From Methanobacteriota archaeon (GTDB lineage: Archaea; Halobacteriota; Bog-38; Methanoflorentales; Methanoflorentaceae), in NCBI GenBank assembly GCA_003139855.1, contig PLGY01000037.1, forward strand, positions 28,058 through 92,057: a stretch of DNA of 64,000 nucleotides. The letters run 5' to 3'. The notes beneath the pieces are model-generated. The model saw only the letters and a program-made list of their open reading frames with translations, made no database searches and had not been told where the DNA came from. Position 1 is the stretch's first letter. Each line of letters begins with the position of its first letter. Position numbers and translations under genes: made by a program. Shown piece after piece: positions 40,186 to 51,689 of this stretch.

Positions 40186-41406
40186 ATGAGCGCCACAGTC
40201 ATCCGAAATGCAAAAGTCTTTCACAAGAGTCACATCGTTGTCCGTGATGTACTCATCGAAAGTGGCACAATTACAAAGATCGGACACATCCGCTCCGGAG
40301 ATCAAGCGATAGATGCACGCGGCCGATTGCTTCTGCCAGGTGCAATCGATGCGCATGTTCATTTTCGCGATTTGGGCGAAGCGTACAAGGAGGATTGGTA
40401 TTCCGGTTCGTGCGCGGCCGCTGCAGGGGGCGTTACCACCGTTATAGACCAACCAAACACGAAACCGGCCACGTGTGATGATAGATCCTATTTCACGAAG
40501 CAGCGCGCGGCCCGAAAATCCGTTGTTGATTATGGCATCAACGCGGCTATGGACAGGCTGGAGCAGCTCGAAGACGTTTGGCGACTCGGGGCCACGGCTT
40601 TTGGGGAGGCATTCATTCAACAGGAGTCGCGTGAGGGCTTACGTTGCGCGCTGCAAACTATCAAGCGCCTTGATGCCATCTTGTGCGTCCATGCGGAAAC
40701 ACGTGCTGACGAAAACATGAGTGAAGCGGCAGGGATCAGAACGGTTTTCCAATGTAATAGGGGGGTAGGGGCCAAAATACACGTCAGCCATCTAAGCACA
40801 GCGGCAGGGCTGGATTTAGTGAGGGCCTCAGATCAGGACGTCACCTGTGAAGTGACTCCACATCACCTTTTTCTCTCCGAGCTCGATAACAAAAGACTTG
40901 GCCCGTTTGGGACAATGAACCCGCCGCTTAGAAGCCGGTATGACGTCGGTCAGCTGTGGTCGCACCTCGATCATGTTGATATGGTCGCAAGCGACCATGC
41001 GCCCCATTCAACTGCAGATAAAAAAATCCCAAACGCGCCTCCCGGGGTTCCAGGAGTTCAAACTCTGCTTCCGTTGCTGCTCTCAAAGCTGGATCAGATT
41101 GGTCTCGGACGTCTTGTTGACTTGGTGTCCACGGCTCCGGCAGATAGATTCAATTTAAGGAGCAAAGGAGCAATAGCCGAGGGATTTGACGCAGATCTCA
41201 TACTCGTTGATCTCAAGGACAAGAAACCGATAACGCCGAGCTTGATGATGAGCAAGTGTGGTTGGACCCCTTTTGAAGGCTTTGAAGGCGTCTTCCCATC
41301 GCTCACGATGGTGCGCGGCGAAGTTGTTTTCAACGAGGGGTCTATTACAGCGAAGAAGGGGTGGGGCAGGCAAGTTTGTGGAGCTGGTCGGAGCGAACCC
41401 GTCTAG
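40186..41406 (+). CDS. pyrC: dihydroorotase (cyclic amidohydrolase family)
   Basis: LPGAIDAHVHFRD, AAAAGGVTTVIDQPNT, HAE, and VASDHAPH metal ligands. Confidence 0.85.
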   Translation: MSATVIRNAKVFHKSHIVVRDVLIESGTITKIGHIRSGDQAIDARGRLLLPGAIDAHVHFRDLGEAYKEDWYSGSCAAAAGGVTTVIDQPNTKPATCDDRSYFTKQRAARKSVVDYGINAAMDRLEQLEDVWRLGATAFGEAFIQQESREGLRCALQTIKRLDAILCVHAETRADENMSEAAGIRTVFQCNRGVGAKIHVSHLSTAAGLDLVRASDQDVTCEVTPHHLFLSELDNKRLGPFGTMNPPLRSRYDVGQLWSHLDHVDMVASDHAPHSTADKKIPNAPPGVPGVQTLLPLLLSKLDQIGLGRLVDLVSTAPADRFNLRSKGAIAEGFDADLILVDLKDKKPITPSLMMSKCGWTPFEGFEGVFPSLTMVRGEVVFNEGSITAKKGWGRQVCGAGRSEPV

Positions 41407-41517
41407 CCTTCTGCATGGCGGCCACAGAGAGACGCTACTGAGCCACGCGTTCCAGTAGTCACCTGCACGACTTTCATATCAACAGAAACAGCTCTTGCGC
41501 GACTAGTTACTGGGCAA

Positions 41518-42642
41518 TCAAATGATCCCCAGACTGGTTAGCCTTTCAGGAAGGTATACGTCGGTAACGTAGTCTAGGCCCCTACTTGCAAACGCTTGTT
41601 GCTCAGACTTCTTCTTCAATTCAAGCTGAAGGTTGATCTCGTCCTTCCAGAAATCAGTAGCAAAACGCGGATCGGTGAGCTCTGATTGGAGTGCTCGCAC
41701 GTCCTGATCAGATAGCTTATCGGTTGGCAAGTCGTAGTTGACGATGTCGCTCGGGCGTACGCCGATGAATTGTGCTGCTGGGGTTGCCATGTATTCAGAC
41801 ATGTGTGCACTCTTTATCGACCCATACGCGACGGAGGCGAATATTCGGTAGGACCACGGATCCCCGTCTGTAAAAACGACGACTGGCAGCTTTAGCCGCT
41901 CGTTCATCCTTTTTAAAAGCCGCCGTGTACTTCGTGCTGGCTGGCCTTTCAGGTGCACGATAATTGCATCGTGATCTGTGTCGAATCCGTTTTCAATAAG
42001 TCTGTCGCGCATACCGCCGGTTTCGATAGCGATGATAAACTTAGCGTCGTGCTCGACGAAATCTAGGTTGTCGACGTTGTAAGGGATCTGATATCCCCCC
42101 TCCCCAACGTCATCTATGCAATGGATAACTCGTTCCGATACTTTTCCGCGTCTTTCAACGTTTTCTTTAATTCGAATGGGGCCGAAAATTGTAGCGCCAT
42201 TCTCTTCAGGCCGAACGTGAAAGTTCTCGCGTTGGAGTTCAGTTATGATTTCAAGATCCTCGATCATTCTGTCTGACTCGGGCTGCTCTCTGAACTTTGC
42301 TAGTTTCCAGCCTTCGGAAATATAGTAAAGCTCTCTGAGTGTTGATGAGCGGTTCTCCTCGAGCTGTTTATTGAGAAATTCAATCGTATAACTCGACTTG
42401 AGGAGGCTATAGGCGCCTCTCACAGTCTTGCAGCTCCTGGCACTCTCCCGTTCACCATAAACCCAAACCTCTGATTCTTCGTTAAATGCGATATTCGATT
42501 TCGTTCTTGTTGGAATCAGAAGCTGCGGAATTTGTTCTTTGGCAAACTGCTCGTAGATGGTGTTGATGATTTGCAGGAGCCTTTGCTTGGTTAAACTATC
42601 CTTCTCCTTTTTTGCTTTCAATAGCTCTTCTTCAACGCTCAT
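41518..42642 (-). CDS. top6A: DNA topoisomerase VI subunit A
   Basis: Spo11/Top6A motifs are present (RELYY with the catalytic Tyr region; Toprim IIAIETGGM...[11 protein letters not shown]). The ATG at 42642 is preceded by GTGAGG; alternative GTG at 42654. Confidence 0.95.
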   Translation of the reverse strand: MSVEEELLKAKKEKDSLTKQRLLQIINTIYEQFAKEQIPQLLIPTRTKSNIAFNEESEVWVYGERESARSCKTVRGAYSLLKSSYTIEFLNKQLEENRSSTLRELYYISEGWKLAKFREQPESDRMIEDLEIITELQRENFHVRPEENGATIFGPIRIKENVERRGKVSERVIHCIDDVGEGGYQIPYNVDNLDFVEHDAKFIIAIETGGMRDRLIENGFDTDHDAIIVHLKGQPARSTRRLLKRMNERLKLPVVVFTDGDPWSYRIFASVAYGSIKSAHMSEYMATPAAQFIGVRPSDIVNYDLPTDKLSDQDVRALQSELTDPRFATDFWKDEINLQLELKKKSEQQAFASRGLDYVTDVYLPERLTSLGII

Positions 42643-42650
42643 GCTTTGCC

Positions 42651-44516
42651 TCACTCACTAGCTCGCTTCTTAGGTAGCGCATCGGCTCCTGTAACCATCT
42701 CTGCAAGTATCCCTTCAACGAGAGGATTGGCGCCCGGGGACTGCTCGGACTTAACGGTGTATCTGACTTTTTTTTCTGCATTAGGCTTGATTGATACCTT
42801 CCAAATGTTGTCGAATTGGCCGTCAAAACTTGATACTCTTGGCTTAGGAGTTGGATCTTCGATCTCTACGGCAGAGGCCTGGTGCAGCATAAACTCTTTT
42901 TGGCTCTCAGAAAAGTTCTTGATGCGGATCGTCACGATCGACGTGTTGTCGCTCTGTTCGGCCGTCTTTTGCACGAGGACATTCCCCATAATCTTAGCAA
43001 CAATGGGTTGTATATCCGGTTGCGGCCCGCCCATTACCTCGGATACCTTCTCAGCAAGCTTGGGAAGGACCTTTTCTATTATTTCTTCTTTCTCTTTTCG
43101 CTTCGCCAGTATCTTTTGCTTCGCCAAGTAGTTCTTGAGCCCGCGCGCCACGTCTCGGACCGCAAGTTCTATCTCGTCCACTATCTCGGGGATATCCGCG
43201 ATAGCTTCTTTTGACTCGGAAGTGAAAGGAACATTCGTTGACGCGACGTGTGTGAGAATGACGACTGGGCCTTGGGGAATGCCGCTCCCCCCTGGTTGCA
43301 GCAGTTCATAGTTCCTCCAGTTGATCTTTTCTACGGCGTGAGTACTCGCGCACCCACCTTGTTGATACAGTAAAGGAACCCGATTCGCGAATCGCAGGAT
43401 GTCCGTCTTTTCTTCCTTTGGCAAACTCCCTCCGTAGGCAATGCCCGCTTCGACGATGAATGGGTTGCCTGTGTGCACAGAGGCGTCGCGCGTGGTCGTC
43501 GCGATAAAATCAACGTCGTATTCCTTTTCCAGCCCCTTTCTGATCAGCTCTTCTGTTATAGGGGAAAGGCACTCTGTGGAAGGCGCGATGATTTTGACAG
43601 TCTTGAACGCTTCGAGCAAGCGCTTTGCCTGATCGCGTGAGAGATCACCGGGGTTTACGTCGGGATCGATTCCAGCTTTTGCGCATATCTCTTTCGCGGT
43701 TTTGTGTCCGATGCGGGCAAACTCGTTCGTCAAGAATGAGGTCAGTCGCCCCCTCTCCGTGTACCGCAGCATTTTGATTAGCGTGCCGAGTTCAATGCCT
43801 TCAGGATGTGGCAGTATTTCACAGGGTTCGACCGGCAAGACTTCTGTCACACGCTCAAACACTTGAGTGTCTCCTGTCGGTTCAATCAACGTCAGTCGGG
43901 CGTGTGGATTGACTATTGCAGTCGATTTTGCATAGCCATATATCGATTGTTTGCGAGCGCGGACGTATGTACCTTCCATCTCGACTTCAATTCTGGTTCC
44001 GTGAGGTCTGTCCCACGGCACAATTTTCTCCATCAATATTTCGGGTTCGTTCGTTTTCGTGTTGATAACAAGCTCGTAGTAATGGGCTTCCTTGTTCTTT
44101 CCCGTTTTGGAGTATACTGCCGTAGGCCGCCCAGATGTCAGCTGCGCATACAACACGACCGCCGAGATTCCTATGCCTTGCTGCCCTCTGCTCTGTTTCA
44201 GGGCGTGAAATCGAGAGCCATAAAGGAGCTTTCCGAAAACTCGCGGTATCTGTTCTTTCACGATGCCAGGGCCGTTATCTTCTACGATGAGCCGATAGGT
44301 ATCTTTGTCTACCTTATGAACTTCAATTAGAATATCCGGAAGTACGCCGCTCTCTTCGCAGGCATCGAGTGCGTTATCGACCGCTTCCTTGACACTTGTT
44401 ATGAGGCTTCGCGTCGATGAGTCGAAACCGAGGATCTGACGGTTTTTCTCAAAGAATTCTGCTATGCTAATCTCGCGTTGTTTTTGGGCAAGCTTCTCGG
44501 CAATGTTTTCAGCCAT
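42651..44516 (-). CDS. top6B: DNA topoisomerase VI subunit B
   Basis: GHKL ATPase motifs are present: [17 protein letters not shown] and GQQGIGIS. 621 aa. Confidence 0.95.
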   Translation of the reverse strand: MAENIAEKLAQKQREISIAEFFEKNRQILGFDSSTRSLITSVKEAVDNALDACEESGVLPDILIEVHKVDKDTYRLIVEDNGPGIVKEQIPRVFGKLLYGSRFHALKQSRGQQGIGISAVVLYAQLTSGRPTAVYSKTGKNKEAHYYELVINTKTNEPEILMEKIVPWDRPHGTRIEVEMEGTYVRARKQSIYGYAKSTAIVNPHARLTLIEPTGDTQVFERVTEVLPVEPCEILPHPEGIELGTLIKMLRYTERGRLTSFLTNEFARIGHKTAKEICAKAGIDPDVNPGDLSRDQAKRLLEAFKTVKIIAPSTECLSPITEELIRKGLEKEYDVDFIATTTRDASVHTGNPFIVEAGIAYGGSLPKEEKTDILRFANRVPLLYQQGGCASTHAVEKINWRNYELLQPGGSGIPQGPVVILTHVASTNVPFTSESKEAIADIPEIVDEIELAVRDVARGLKNYLAKQKILAKRKEKEEIIEKVLPKLAEKVSEVMGGPQPDIQPIVAKIMGNVLVQKTAEQSDNTSIVTIRIKNFSESQKEFMLHQASAVEIEDPTPKPRVSSFDGQFDNIWKVSIKPNAEKKVRYTVKSEQSPGANPLVEGILAEMVTGADALPKKRASE

Positions 44517-44531
44517 CAGGTGTTCTCCCTA

Positions 44532-44771
44532 TCACAGTTCAGCGCCAACGATCGTGTGAGTTGTAGTGACTCCTTTGATATCTCGTATGTTATCAACCGA
44601 ATTATTCAATGCTGTCAGTCCTTCGACTTCGATGATGACTACAAAGTCATATTCTCCAAAAACATGATATACTTCTCGTATACCGCCTAACGCTAAAAGC
44701 GTTCGGTAAACATATCGTTCTTCACCCGGAACGACGTTGACCATTGTAACTCCGACAACCACGATAATCAC
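44532..44771 (-). CDS. stand-alone Lrp/AsnC ligand-binding (RAM) domain protein
   Basis: 79 aa with VNVVPGEE...[20 protein letters not shown]...I..I.GV..T.T. GTG start; alternative ATG at 44744. Confidence 0.75.
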   Translation of the reverse strand: MIIVVVGVTMVNVVPGEERYVYRTLLALGGIREVYHVFGEYDFVVIIEVEGLTALNNSVDNIRDIKGVTTTHTIVGAEL

Positions 44772-45060
44772 CTACTGTATAAAAGCGAAAAGCATATTTA
44801 GAAATTGCGATCGCTCATTGCAAGTTTCTCGACAAGGTCGATCTGCTCGAATCTCAGGAGGTTACTACTCAATCGCTGCCTCTTAGAGTTAATTTTAGTG
44901 TAGCGCTTGGCTTTGGGTGTCTCCTCCGGTCCGGAACTAAGTTGTGTGTGTTCGACTCAATAGATTCGGTAATATCGGTCCAATCCTTCGCGAAGAAAAC
45001 AAGCGCGCACGCAGAAATTAGTAAATTAGAAATACGTCAAAACTATACTGAATCAAAGAA

Positions 45061-45143
45061 GCGGAGGTAGCCAAGTGGTCAACGGCGGTGGGCTCAAGAT
45101 CCACTCTCAAAGGAGTTCGCGGGTTCGAATCCCTCCCTCCGCA
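45061..45143 (+). tRNA. tRNA-Leu (anticodon CAA), no intron
   Basis: Manual fold: acceptor GCGGAGG/CCTCCGC, anticodon stem GTGGG/TCCAC, loop CTCAAGA, long variable arm, and T loop TTCGAAT with one mismatch in the T stem. Confidence 0.85.
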
Positions 45144-45279
45144 TCGTGAACCGCCAGCATCTTTATTCTTGTTGCGATTCTAATCCTCGGCACGTCTAGT
45201 GACGTTATTTGGTCAAAGGCGCTGCTTGCTTGGAGAAAGGCATAGACCCGGGCACGGAAGTGGTACAGGCTTCATGAGG

Positions 45280-45292
45280 TATATCTATAATA
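45280..45292 (+). promoter_or_regulatory. TATA-like box (TATATCTATAATA) upstream of the C/D sRNA candidate
   Basis: It ends about 22 nt before position 45314. Confidence 0.45.
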
Positions 45293-45313
45293 GTGGGAAG
45301 GTCAATTACACTT

Positions 45314-45382
45314 GTGCCAATGATGTACAATGACTTCCGAGCGTCAAAGACGCAATGATGATCCCTATGAGTTCTGAGGCAC
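45314..45382 (+). ncRNA. candidate C/D box sRNA (69 nt)
   Basis: The order is GTGCC-A-ATGATGT(C)-10/12 nt-CCGA(D', degenerate)-GCGTCAAAGACGC hairpin-ATGATGA(C')-TCCCTATGAGTT(12 nt)-CTGA(D)-GGCAC. The terminal 5-bp stem GTGCC/GGCAC closes the C/D pair. It is intergenic and has its own TATA box. Confidence 0.55.
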
Positions 45383-45482
45383 TAGATTAGCAATTGGCTG
45401 AACCGCCGAAAAACCGCTTTTTTGTACTTCGTGGTTCGACAGGAAAAAACATCCACTGAGTGTTAGTGGTTGCGGGTCATTT

Positions 45483-45920
45483 ATGAAAAAGAAAATCAAA
45501 GGCATAGCTCGTGACGCATTGAAGTTTGTCCTCGAAGTGAGCGCGTCCTCGCACCCAAAAGAATTCGCGGGGATGTTATACGAGACGGATGGGATTATCA
45601 CAGACATAGACGTTCCTATTACTCAGTCTTCGAATGTGAGCGCCGTCATGAATCTGTTTATGCTACCTGTCAGCCCACATACTGTCGGATCTGTGCACAG
45701 CCACCCCTCAGGAGCGCTCCAGCCCTCGGATGCAGATATTCGACTGTTCATGCAAAGCGGAAACTGCCATATTATTGTCGGCTACCCTTATGATACTACG
45801 AGCTGGGCTTGCTACGATAGAATCGGCGACAGGAGAAAACTTGACGTGCTAGACATTGAAATTGAGGAGAGTGCCGTGTATAAAGACATACAGGAAACTT
45901 TTGGTGGCGAAGATGATTAG
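45483..45920 (+). CDS. JAB1/MPN/Mov34 (JAMM) metalloprotease
   Basis: 145 aa with the upstream Glu (HPKEFAG) and the JAMM motif HSHPSGALQPSDAD. Confidence 0.85.
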   Translation: MKKKIKGIARDALKFVLEVSASSHPKEFAGMLYETDGIITDIDVPITQSSNVSAVMNLFMLPVSPHTVGSVHSHPSGALQPSDADIRLFMQSGNCHIIVGYPYDTTSWACYDRIGDRRKLDVLDIEIEESAVYKDIQETFGGEDD

Positions 45921-46338
45921 AATACTCGCAACAGGTACGTTTGATATTTTGCATCCAGGCCATATCTTGTATCTAAAGAAAGCAAAGGAGCTGGGCGACG
46001 AATTATTTGTAATAGTGTCCCGCGATACCATGGTCCAGCACAAGTCAAAACCAGTAATCCCCGAACGGCAACGGCTGCAAGTGGTCAGGGCCTTGGAGGT
46101 GGTCGATCACGCTGAACTTGGAAGCGAGCACGACATGTTCGAGCCCTTGATGACTATAAAGCCAGACATCGTAGCTCTTGGCTTCGATCAGTACTTTGAC
46201 GAGAAGGAACTCCAAGAAGATCTTGAAAAAAGGCACATTCCGTCCAGAGTTATCCGGCTGCCGTTTCAAGACACCGGAGAGCTATCGGGCACCGAAAACA
46301 TCATTCACGAAATCATTAAGCGTCGGGTGAAGTGCTAG
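45913..46338 (+). CDS. ribL: FAD synthetase RibL (archaeal FMN adenylyltransferase, cytidylyltransferase fold)
   Basis: MIRILATGTFDILHPGHILYL... The ATG at 45913 overlaps the JAMM stop by 8 nt, and the longer track ORF start is rejected. Confidence 0.85.
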   Translation: MIRILATGTFDILHPGHILYLKKAKELGDELFVIVSRDTMVQHKSKPVIPERQRLQVVRALEVVDHAELGSEHDMFEPLMTIKPDIVALGFDQYFDEKELQEDLEKRHIPSRVIRLPFQDTGELSGTENIIHEIIKRRVKC

Positions 46339-47509
46339 GCCTGTTCTCGAGTGATGCTTCTATCCTGCAGATGCCCCTTTCTATATTTTGACGGCTCGTG
46401 GCGTACGACAAACGTACGTAACCCTCTCCGTTTGGTCCGAAGGCTGAGCCAGGCGTAACAGCGACAAGAGCTTCCTGTAACAGTTTTTCAGTCACCTCAA
46501 CAGAACTGCCGAACTGCGAGACGTTCGCGAACGCGTAAAATGCGCCTCTTGGGCGTGCGCATTGTATCCCCATTTTGTAAAGTCCGTCGATCATAAGGTT
46601 TCGCCGCTTTTCAAACTCCGTCACCATCGCACGCACCGCGCCTTGGTCATTTCTCAGGGCCTCAACGCCAGCCCTTTGAACAAAAGACGTCGCGTTGCTT
46701 ACTGAATGTTGTTGGATCTTAAGCATGCCTTGTAGGATTGGTGCCGGTGCAGTCGCGTAACCGAGCCTCCAGCCCGTCATAGCATAGGCCTTTGAGAATC
46801 CGTTGATCGTAATTGTCCTGCCAGGTATTAGACTGCCTATGCTGTGATGCTTAGCCCCATAAATGATTTTTTCATAGACTTCGTCTGACAGCACAAAGAC
46901 ACCGTAGTCTTCAGCTGTCTCAGCTACGGTCTTTATCGCATTTTTGCCGTAAACGGCTCCGGTAGGGTTGCACGGGCTATTTAGAATAAGGAGCTTAGTA
47001 TCTCTCGTTATGTAGCTATGCAAGTCAACTGGCACATAGCCATCCTGTTCTGAAACAGGGACCATGACGGGCTTCCCACCAGCGAACTTAACGATTGCTT
47101 CGTAGGAAACCCACGCAGGATCAAGTAATAAAACCTCATCTCCTTCTTCGATGAGTGTGCAGATCGCTTCAAATATCGCTTGCTTGGCGCCAGGTGTTAC
47201 GAGCACATCGGCCGGACTGACGTCGAGGTTATTCTCATTTTTTAATTTCTCTGCTATCGCTTCTCGAAGTTCGGGAATTCCGCTACCTTGCGTATAGTGC
47301 GTCTCACCACGATCGAGGGCCGTTTTTGCCGCTTTTCTTATGTTCTCCGGGGTTTCAAAATCAGGTTCACCGAGACTGAAACCAATAATATCTCGCCCTT
47401 CACTTTTGAGCTTGGCTGCCATGTCCGCAATCTTCATCGTGGCGGACTCGGGTATGCGTTGGACTCTTGAGGCAATGACCCGATTTGGGTTCATCAGAGT
47501 CTCTTGCAA
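46316..47509 (-). CDS. class I/II PLP-dependent aminotransferase (aspartate aminotransferase-like)
   Basis: 397 aa with NSPCNPTG and the PLP-lysine motif SKAYAMTGWRLGY. Confidence 0.9.
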   Translation of the reverse strand: MQETLMNPNRVIASRVQRIPESATMKIADMAAKLKSEGRDIIGFSLGEPDFETPENIRKAAKTALDRGETHYTQGSGIPELREAIAEKLKNENNLDVSPADVLVTPGAKQAIFEAICTLIEEGDEVLLLDPAWVSYEAIVKFAGGKPVMVPVSEQDGYVPVDLHSYITRDTKLLILNSPCNPTGAVYGKNAIKTVAETAEDYGVFVLSDEVYEKIIYGAKHHSIGSLIPGRTITINGFSKAYAMTGWRLGYATAPAPILQGMLKIQQHSVSNATSFVQRAGVEALRNDQGAVRAMVTEFEKRRNLMIDGLYKMGIQCARPRGAFYAFANVSQFGSSVEVTEKLLQEALVAVTPGSAFGPNGEGYVRLSYATSRQNIERGICRIEASLENRPSTSPDA

Positions 47510-47916
47510 AGCTTTACAGCGGCTTCCACAGCTCTTTTTGCATAGTCTACGCGTTCGTGTGCTTCAAGGCGGGACATTCTTGGACCCGATATTCCCAAGG
47601 TGATCGGCTTGTTGTGCTCAAGGGCTAGATCGACAATCTTTCGCGTCGCGTGCTGAGCGACGATTTCGTCGTGCGCGGTCGCTCCTTCAATCACGCAGCC
47701 GATTGTAACCACTGCGTCTACCTCATCGTCTGTGGCCAAACTTTTGACTGCTAAGGGCATGTCAAATACTCCAGGAACCAAAATGGTTTTCACGACATCA
47801 GCGTCTAGGAATGCCGCGTGTTCTTTAGCAAGAATCTCCATTTGGTATGTAATGTCCCGATTAAATTCAGCCACGACGAATCCAAGCCTTATATGCGCTT
47901 CATTTTTCTGTTCCAT
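47494..47916 (-). CDS. ribH: 6,7-dimethyl-8-ribityllumazine synthase
   Basis: 140 aa with GFVVAEFN, VPGVFDMP and TIGCVIEGATAHDE. Confidence 0.92.
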   Translation of the reverse strand: MEQKNEAHIRLGFVVAEFNRDITYQMEILAKEHAAFLDADVVKTILVPGVFDMPLAVKSLATDDEVDAVVTIGCVIEGATAHDEIVAQHATRKIVDLALEHNKPITLGISGPRMSRLEAHERVDYAKRAVEAAVKLCKRL

Positions 47917-47940
47917 AATAATACTCCTTTGAGCAGCGCT

Positions 47941-48423
<483 letters not shown>

Positions 48424-48431
48424 CTAGCGTA

Positions 48432-49580
48432 TCACGATCCTTCGAGAACACAATCGGCCGCGAGTGTTCCTGCCCCCATCGCATCAACAATGCCGTTCTC
48501 CAGTAATATTAGCTCGAGCTTCTCTATTACCTGCAATATGTCGCCTTTGCTGAGATTGCCCATGTTGCCTATTCGGAAGATATGGCCTTTTAGCCGTTCT
48601 TGGCCGCCGGCGATGACGATGCCTCGACGCTCCATCGCCTCCTTCAGTGCCATAAATTCTAGTTTAGGGGGGACTTTGATCGCCGTAACTGTATTCGAAT
48701 ACGCGCTTGAAGGGCCGAGCTTTGGAAATAGCTCCAAGCCCATAGCCTGAACGGCTGTGCGAATCGATTCTGCATAAACGCTATACCGATCGATGCGTGC
48801 CTCAAGTCCCTCAACTTCCAACAGTTTAAGAGCCTCTTCAAGCGCGAAGAACAGCGGCATGGCTGGCGTATAAGGAGTCTGGCCTTTTTCGGCTGCTTCC
48901 CTGTGTGCGAGAAGGTCGGCGTAGTACGGTCTTTTCTCCGCGGTTTTGATGACGTCCCACGCCCGATCACTCACTGAGATCATTGAAAGGCCTGGCGGCA
49001 AGCCGAGGCATTTCTGAGAGCCTGTAAATGCTATGTCGACACCCCATCTGTCTATGGGGGCTTGAATGCCACCGATGGACGATACTCCATCCATAATCAG
49101 CAGAGCGTCTCGTTTTCGGCATAGAGCGCCTATCTGTTGAACATCATTCGTCATGCCTGTGGAGGTTTCATTATGGACAAGGGTGACCGCATCTGCTCCA
49201 GTTTCGAGTGCCTGCTTGACCTGTTCAACCTCGATCGACGTCCCCCAATCAGCAATGACCGCCATTGAGCTGCCGTAAAGCGCGGTCAGCGATTTCAGTC
49301 GTTCTCCGAACTTGCCGTTTTCCAGCGCGATGTATCTTTTGTCTGTCCCGAGGTTTCCGACAGCTGCTTCCATAGCACACGTCCCAGATCCATTCAGGAT
49401 AAGGACGTCGCTTTCTGTCTTGAAAACGCCGCGGAGTTTTTCTCGACTCTCGTCCAAGAGCCTTCTGAACTCAGGCCCCCTGTGATTGATCATCGGTTTT
49501 GACAAAGCACGCAGCACTTGAGGCGCTACCGGAACGGGCCCAGGGAGCATTATCAACGCGGTCTCAGTCGTATTGTCCAT
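48432..49580 (-). CDS. class V PLP-dependent aminotransferase (alanine-glyoxylate / serine-pyruvate / phosphoserine type)
   Basis: 382 aa with LMLPGPV, TGSQKCLG (PLP Lys) and RIGNMG. Confidence 0.88.
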   Translation of the reverse strand: MDNTTETALIMLPGPVPVAPQVLRALSKPMINHRGPEFRRLLDESREKLRGVFKTESDVLILNGSGTCAMEAAVGNLGTDKRYIALENGKFGERLKSLTALYGSSMAVIADWGTSIEVEQVKQALETGADAVTLVHNETSTGMTNDVQQIGALCRKRDALLIMDGVSSIGGIQAPIDRWGVDIAFTGSQKCLGLPPGLSMISVSDRAWDVIKTAEKRPYYADLLAHREAAEKGQTPYTPAMPLFFALEEALKLLEVEGLEARIDRYSVYAESIRTAVQAMGLELFPKLGPSSAYSNTVTAIKVPPKLEFMALKEAMERRGIVIAGGQERLKGHIFRIGNMGNLSKGDILQVIEKLELILLENGIVDAMGAGTLAADCVLEGS

Positions 49581-49850
49581 AAACGCATCTCTCCTTCACG
49601 TTATGTGCGCAAACAGCAATTGGTCTTCGTGTTAAATCGCAGCACTCTGTATTTAGAGTTTTTTCGTACTATTCTCAGCCTCGCTACTTCCCCGTCTTTC
49701 TCCCATTTCGTCTCTTCGCTTACATCACGCGAGCACTAAAAAGCTACAATGGGTTGCACACGCACTCACGATAAAAAACGAGCGGCTTTCGCATAAGTGC
49801 TCTGCCTTCATTCAGAAAGAGTTTTACAGTGCTGGGACAACTACACCGCG

Positions 49851-50258
49851 ATGCATTACCCCGATGTGGCAATAGTGGTGGGCTCCACCTCTGATATGCA
49901 TGTGGCAGAAAAAGCGATAGAGACACTCGAGGATGCGGGCGTTGCGTATGACTTGGAGGTTATCTCCGCGCATCGAGAGCCAACGCGCCTCGATGAATAT
50001 CTTAAAAAAGCTCATGCTAAGGTTTATATTGCTATCGCAGGCCTATCTGCAGCTCTTCCAGGAATTATCGCGTCAAAGACGAACGCCCCAGTGATTGGCG
50101 TCCCTGTAAGCACTAAGCTCAGCGGTCTGGATGCGCTGCTCTCCATAGTGCAAATGCCTGCAGGAGTTCCAGTCGCGTCGGTCGGAATAGATAGCGGGAA
50201 AAACGCTGCGTTGTTTGCCCTAAGAATCCTGCAAACAAATAACAGCGCGAAAGAATAA
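49851..50258 (+). CDS. purE: 5-(carboxyamino)imidazole ribonucleotide mutase PurE
   Basis: [13 protein letters not shown]..., [14 protein letters not shown] and GVPV motifs. ATG at 49851 is preferred over the GTG at 49797. Confidence 0.9.
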   Translation: MHYPDVAIVVGSTSDMHVAEKAIETLEDAGVAYDLEVISAHREPTRLDEYLKKAHAKVYIAIAGLSAALPGIIASKTNAPVIGVPVSTKLSGLDALLSIVQMPAGVPVASVGIDSGKNAALFALRILQTNNSAKE

Positions 50259-50283
50259 GTCCGCACTTCGCAACGACACCGGC

Positions 50284-51555
50284 CTAGCTCTTGTCGTTAC
50301 TTAACGCCGCTTTTGCTATTTTTATCGCACAAAGATCTCCGCACATGGAGCAAGCATCGGTCTGTCGGTTTCGGCAGTTAAATTTCGCCCTGGCTAGATC
50401 GGGATCGACTGAAAGCCGGAATTGTTTTTCCCAGTCCAGGCTGGCCCGTGATTTGGCCATCTCTTCGTCAAGTTTGTGCGCGCGGGGCATTCCTTTTGCT
50501 AGGTCGGCAACGTGAGCGGCTATCTTTGTGACGATCGCTCCTTGCTTGATGTCCTCTGGTGTCGGCAACCCGAGGTGTTCTGACGGTGTTGTCATACACA
50601 AGAAATCGGCACCAAACATTCCGGCAAGAGCGCCCCCAATTGCTCCTGTTATGTGGTCATACCCCGGCGCTATGTCTGTGACGAGTGGTCCTAGTAGGTA
50701 GAGTGGCGCACCGCCGGTCAACGATTTCATCGCTTTGACGTTGGTCTCGATTTCGTTAAGTGGGACGTGACCAGGTCCTTCGACGAAGGCCTGAACGCCG
50801 CTTTCGCGAGCCCGCTGTGTGAGCTCTCCGAGCTGTATATATTCCATGAATTTAGGACGGTCGCTTGCGTCGTGCAAGCATCCCGACCTCATGCCGTCAC
50901 CGAGGCTGATTACGAAGTCATACTCGTGTGCGAGTTCAAGGAGATAGTCATACTCAACGTAGAAGGGGTTGTCTTCGCCGTTGTGCACCATCCACGCAAT
51001 GGTGAAAGCGCCGCCTCTGCTGACGACTCCCATAATTCTTTCGCTCTTCTTCAATACTTCAAGGGATTTCAAATTGACCCCCGCGTGGATGGTCATAAAA
51101 TCAATGCCGTCTTGGGCGTGCTTGCGAACCGTGTCGAACATGTCGTCTGTCGTCATTGATACAACAGCGTCTCGCCGCATTGCTGCCTGATATATTGGCA
51201 CAGTGCCAATCGGAGCTTCGATCTCTCGTAGGATTTGTCGCCGAATATTATCTAAATCTCCGCCTGTAGACAGATCCATGACAGTATCTGCACCGTATTT
51301 CAGTGCTATTCTTGCCTTTGCGAGCTCTTCGCTTTTGTCGATATGGTCTATTGATGTGCCAATATTGGCGTTCACTTTTGCACGCAACGCTTCGCCTATG
51401 CCGATCGGCTCAATATCGTGGGTTGCGTTCTTAGGTATAACGCAGCGTCCACCAGCAATAAGACGCCTAAGTTTATCGCTTGATATGCCCTCTGATTTGG
51501 CAGCGTTTCTTATGTCGTCGTTTAACCCTTTTTTTGCTTCTGTTAGTAGCGTCAT
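50284..51555 (-). CDS. thiC: phosphomethylpyrimidine synthase ThiC
   Basis: Conserved ThiC core and C-terminal radical-SAM-type cluster CSMCGDLC. The start is set at [10 protein letters not shown] (51555), and the 64-aa N-terminal track extension is rejected. Confidence 0.93.
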   Translation of the reverse strand: MTLLTEAKKGLNDDIRNAAKSEGISSDKLRRLIAGGRCVIPKNATHDIEPIGIGEALRAKVNANIGTSIDHIDKSEELAKARIALKYGADTVMDLSTGGDLDNIRRQILREIEAPIGTVPIYQAAMRRDAVVSMTTDDMFDTVRKHAQDGIDFMTIHAGVNLKSLEVLKKSERIMGVVSRGGAFTIAWMVHNGEDNPFYVEYDYLLELAHEYDFVISLGDGMRSGCLHDASDRPKFMEYIQLGELTQRARESGVQAFVEGPGHVPLNEIETNVKAMKSLTGGAPLYLLGPLVTDIAPGYDHITGAIGGALAGMFGADFLCMTTPSEHLGLPTPEDIKQGAIVTKIAAHVADLAKGMPRAHKLDEEMAKSRASLDWEKQFRLSVDPDLARAKFNCRNRQTDACSMCGDLCAIKIAKAALSNDKS

Positions 51556-51689
51556 GGTGCTAGTTTGATTACGGGTCCGCTCACACCTCGTTAAGTGATT
51601 ATGCTCTTGTTGCTTAAAAATGTGAGCAGTGCTGGCATCGTGTAGATCGAGCCTAAGCTTTATCATACTGAGCGCCATAATGCATAGAA

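Noticed and set aside
51556-51689. A possible TPP riboswitch in the thiC leader.
   Set aside because: Reading the minus strand, I find no ordered THI-box (CUGAGA ... ACCUGAUCUGGAUAAUGCCAGCG). Only a scattered GAUGCCAGC-like fragment occurs, and in the wrong order. A cmsearch with RF00059 would settle it.
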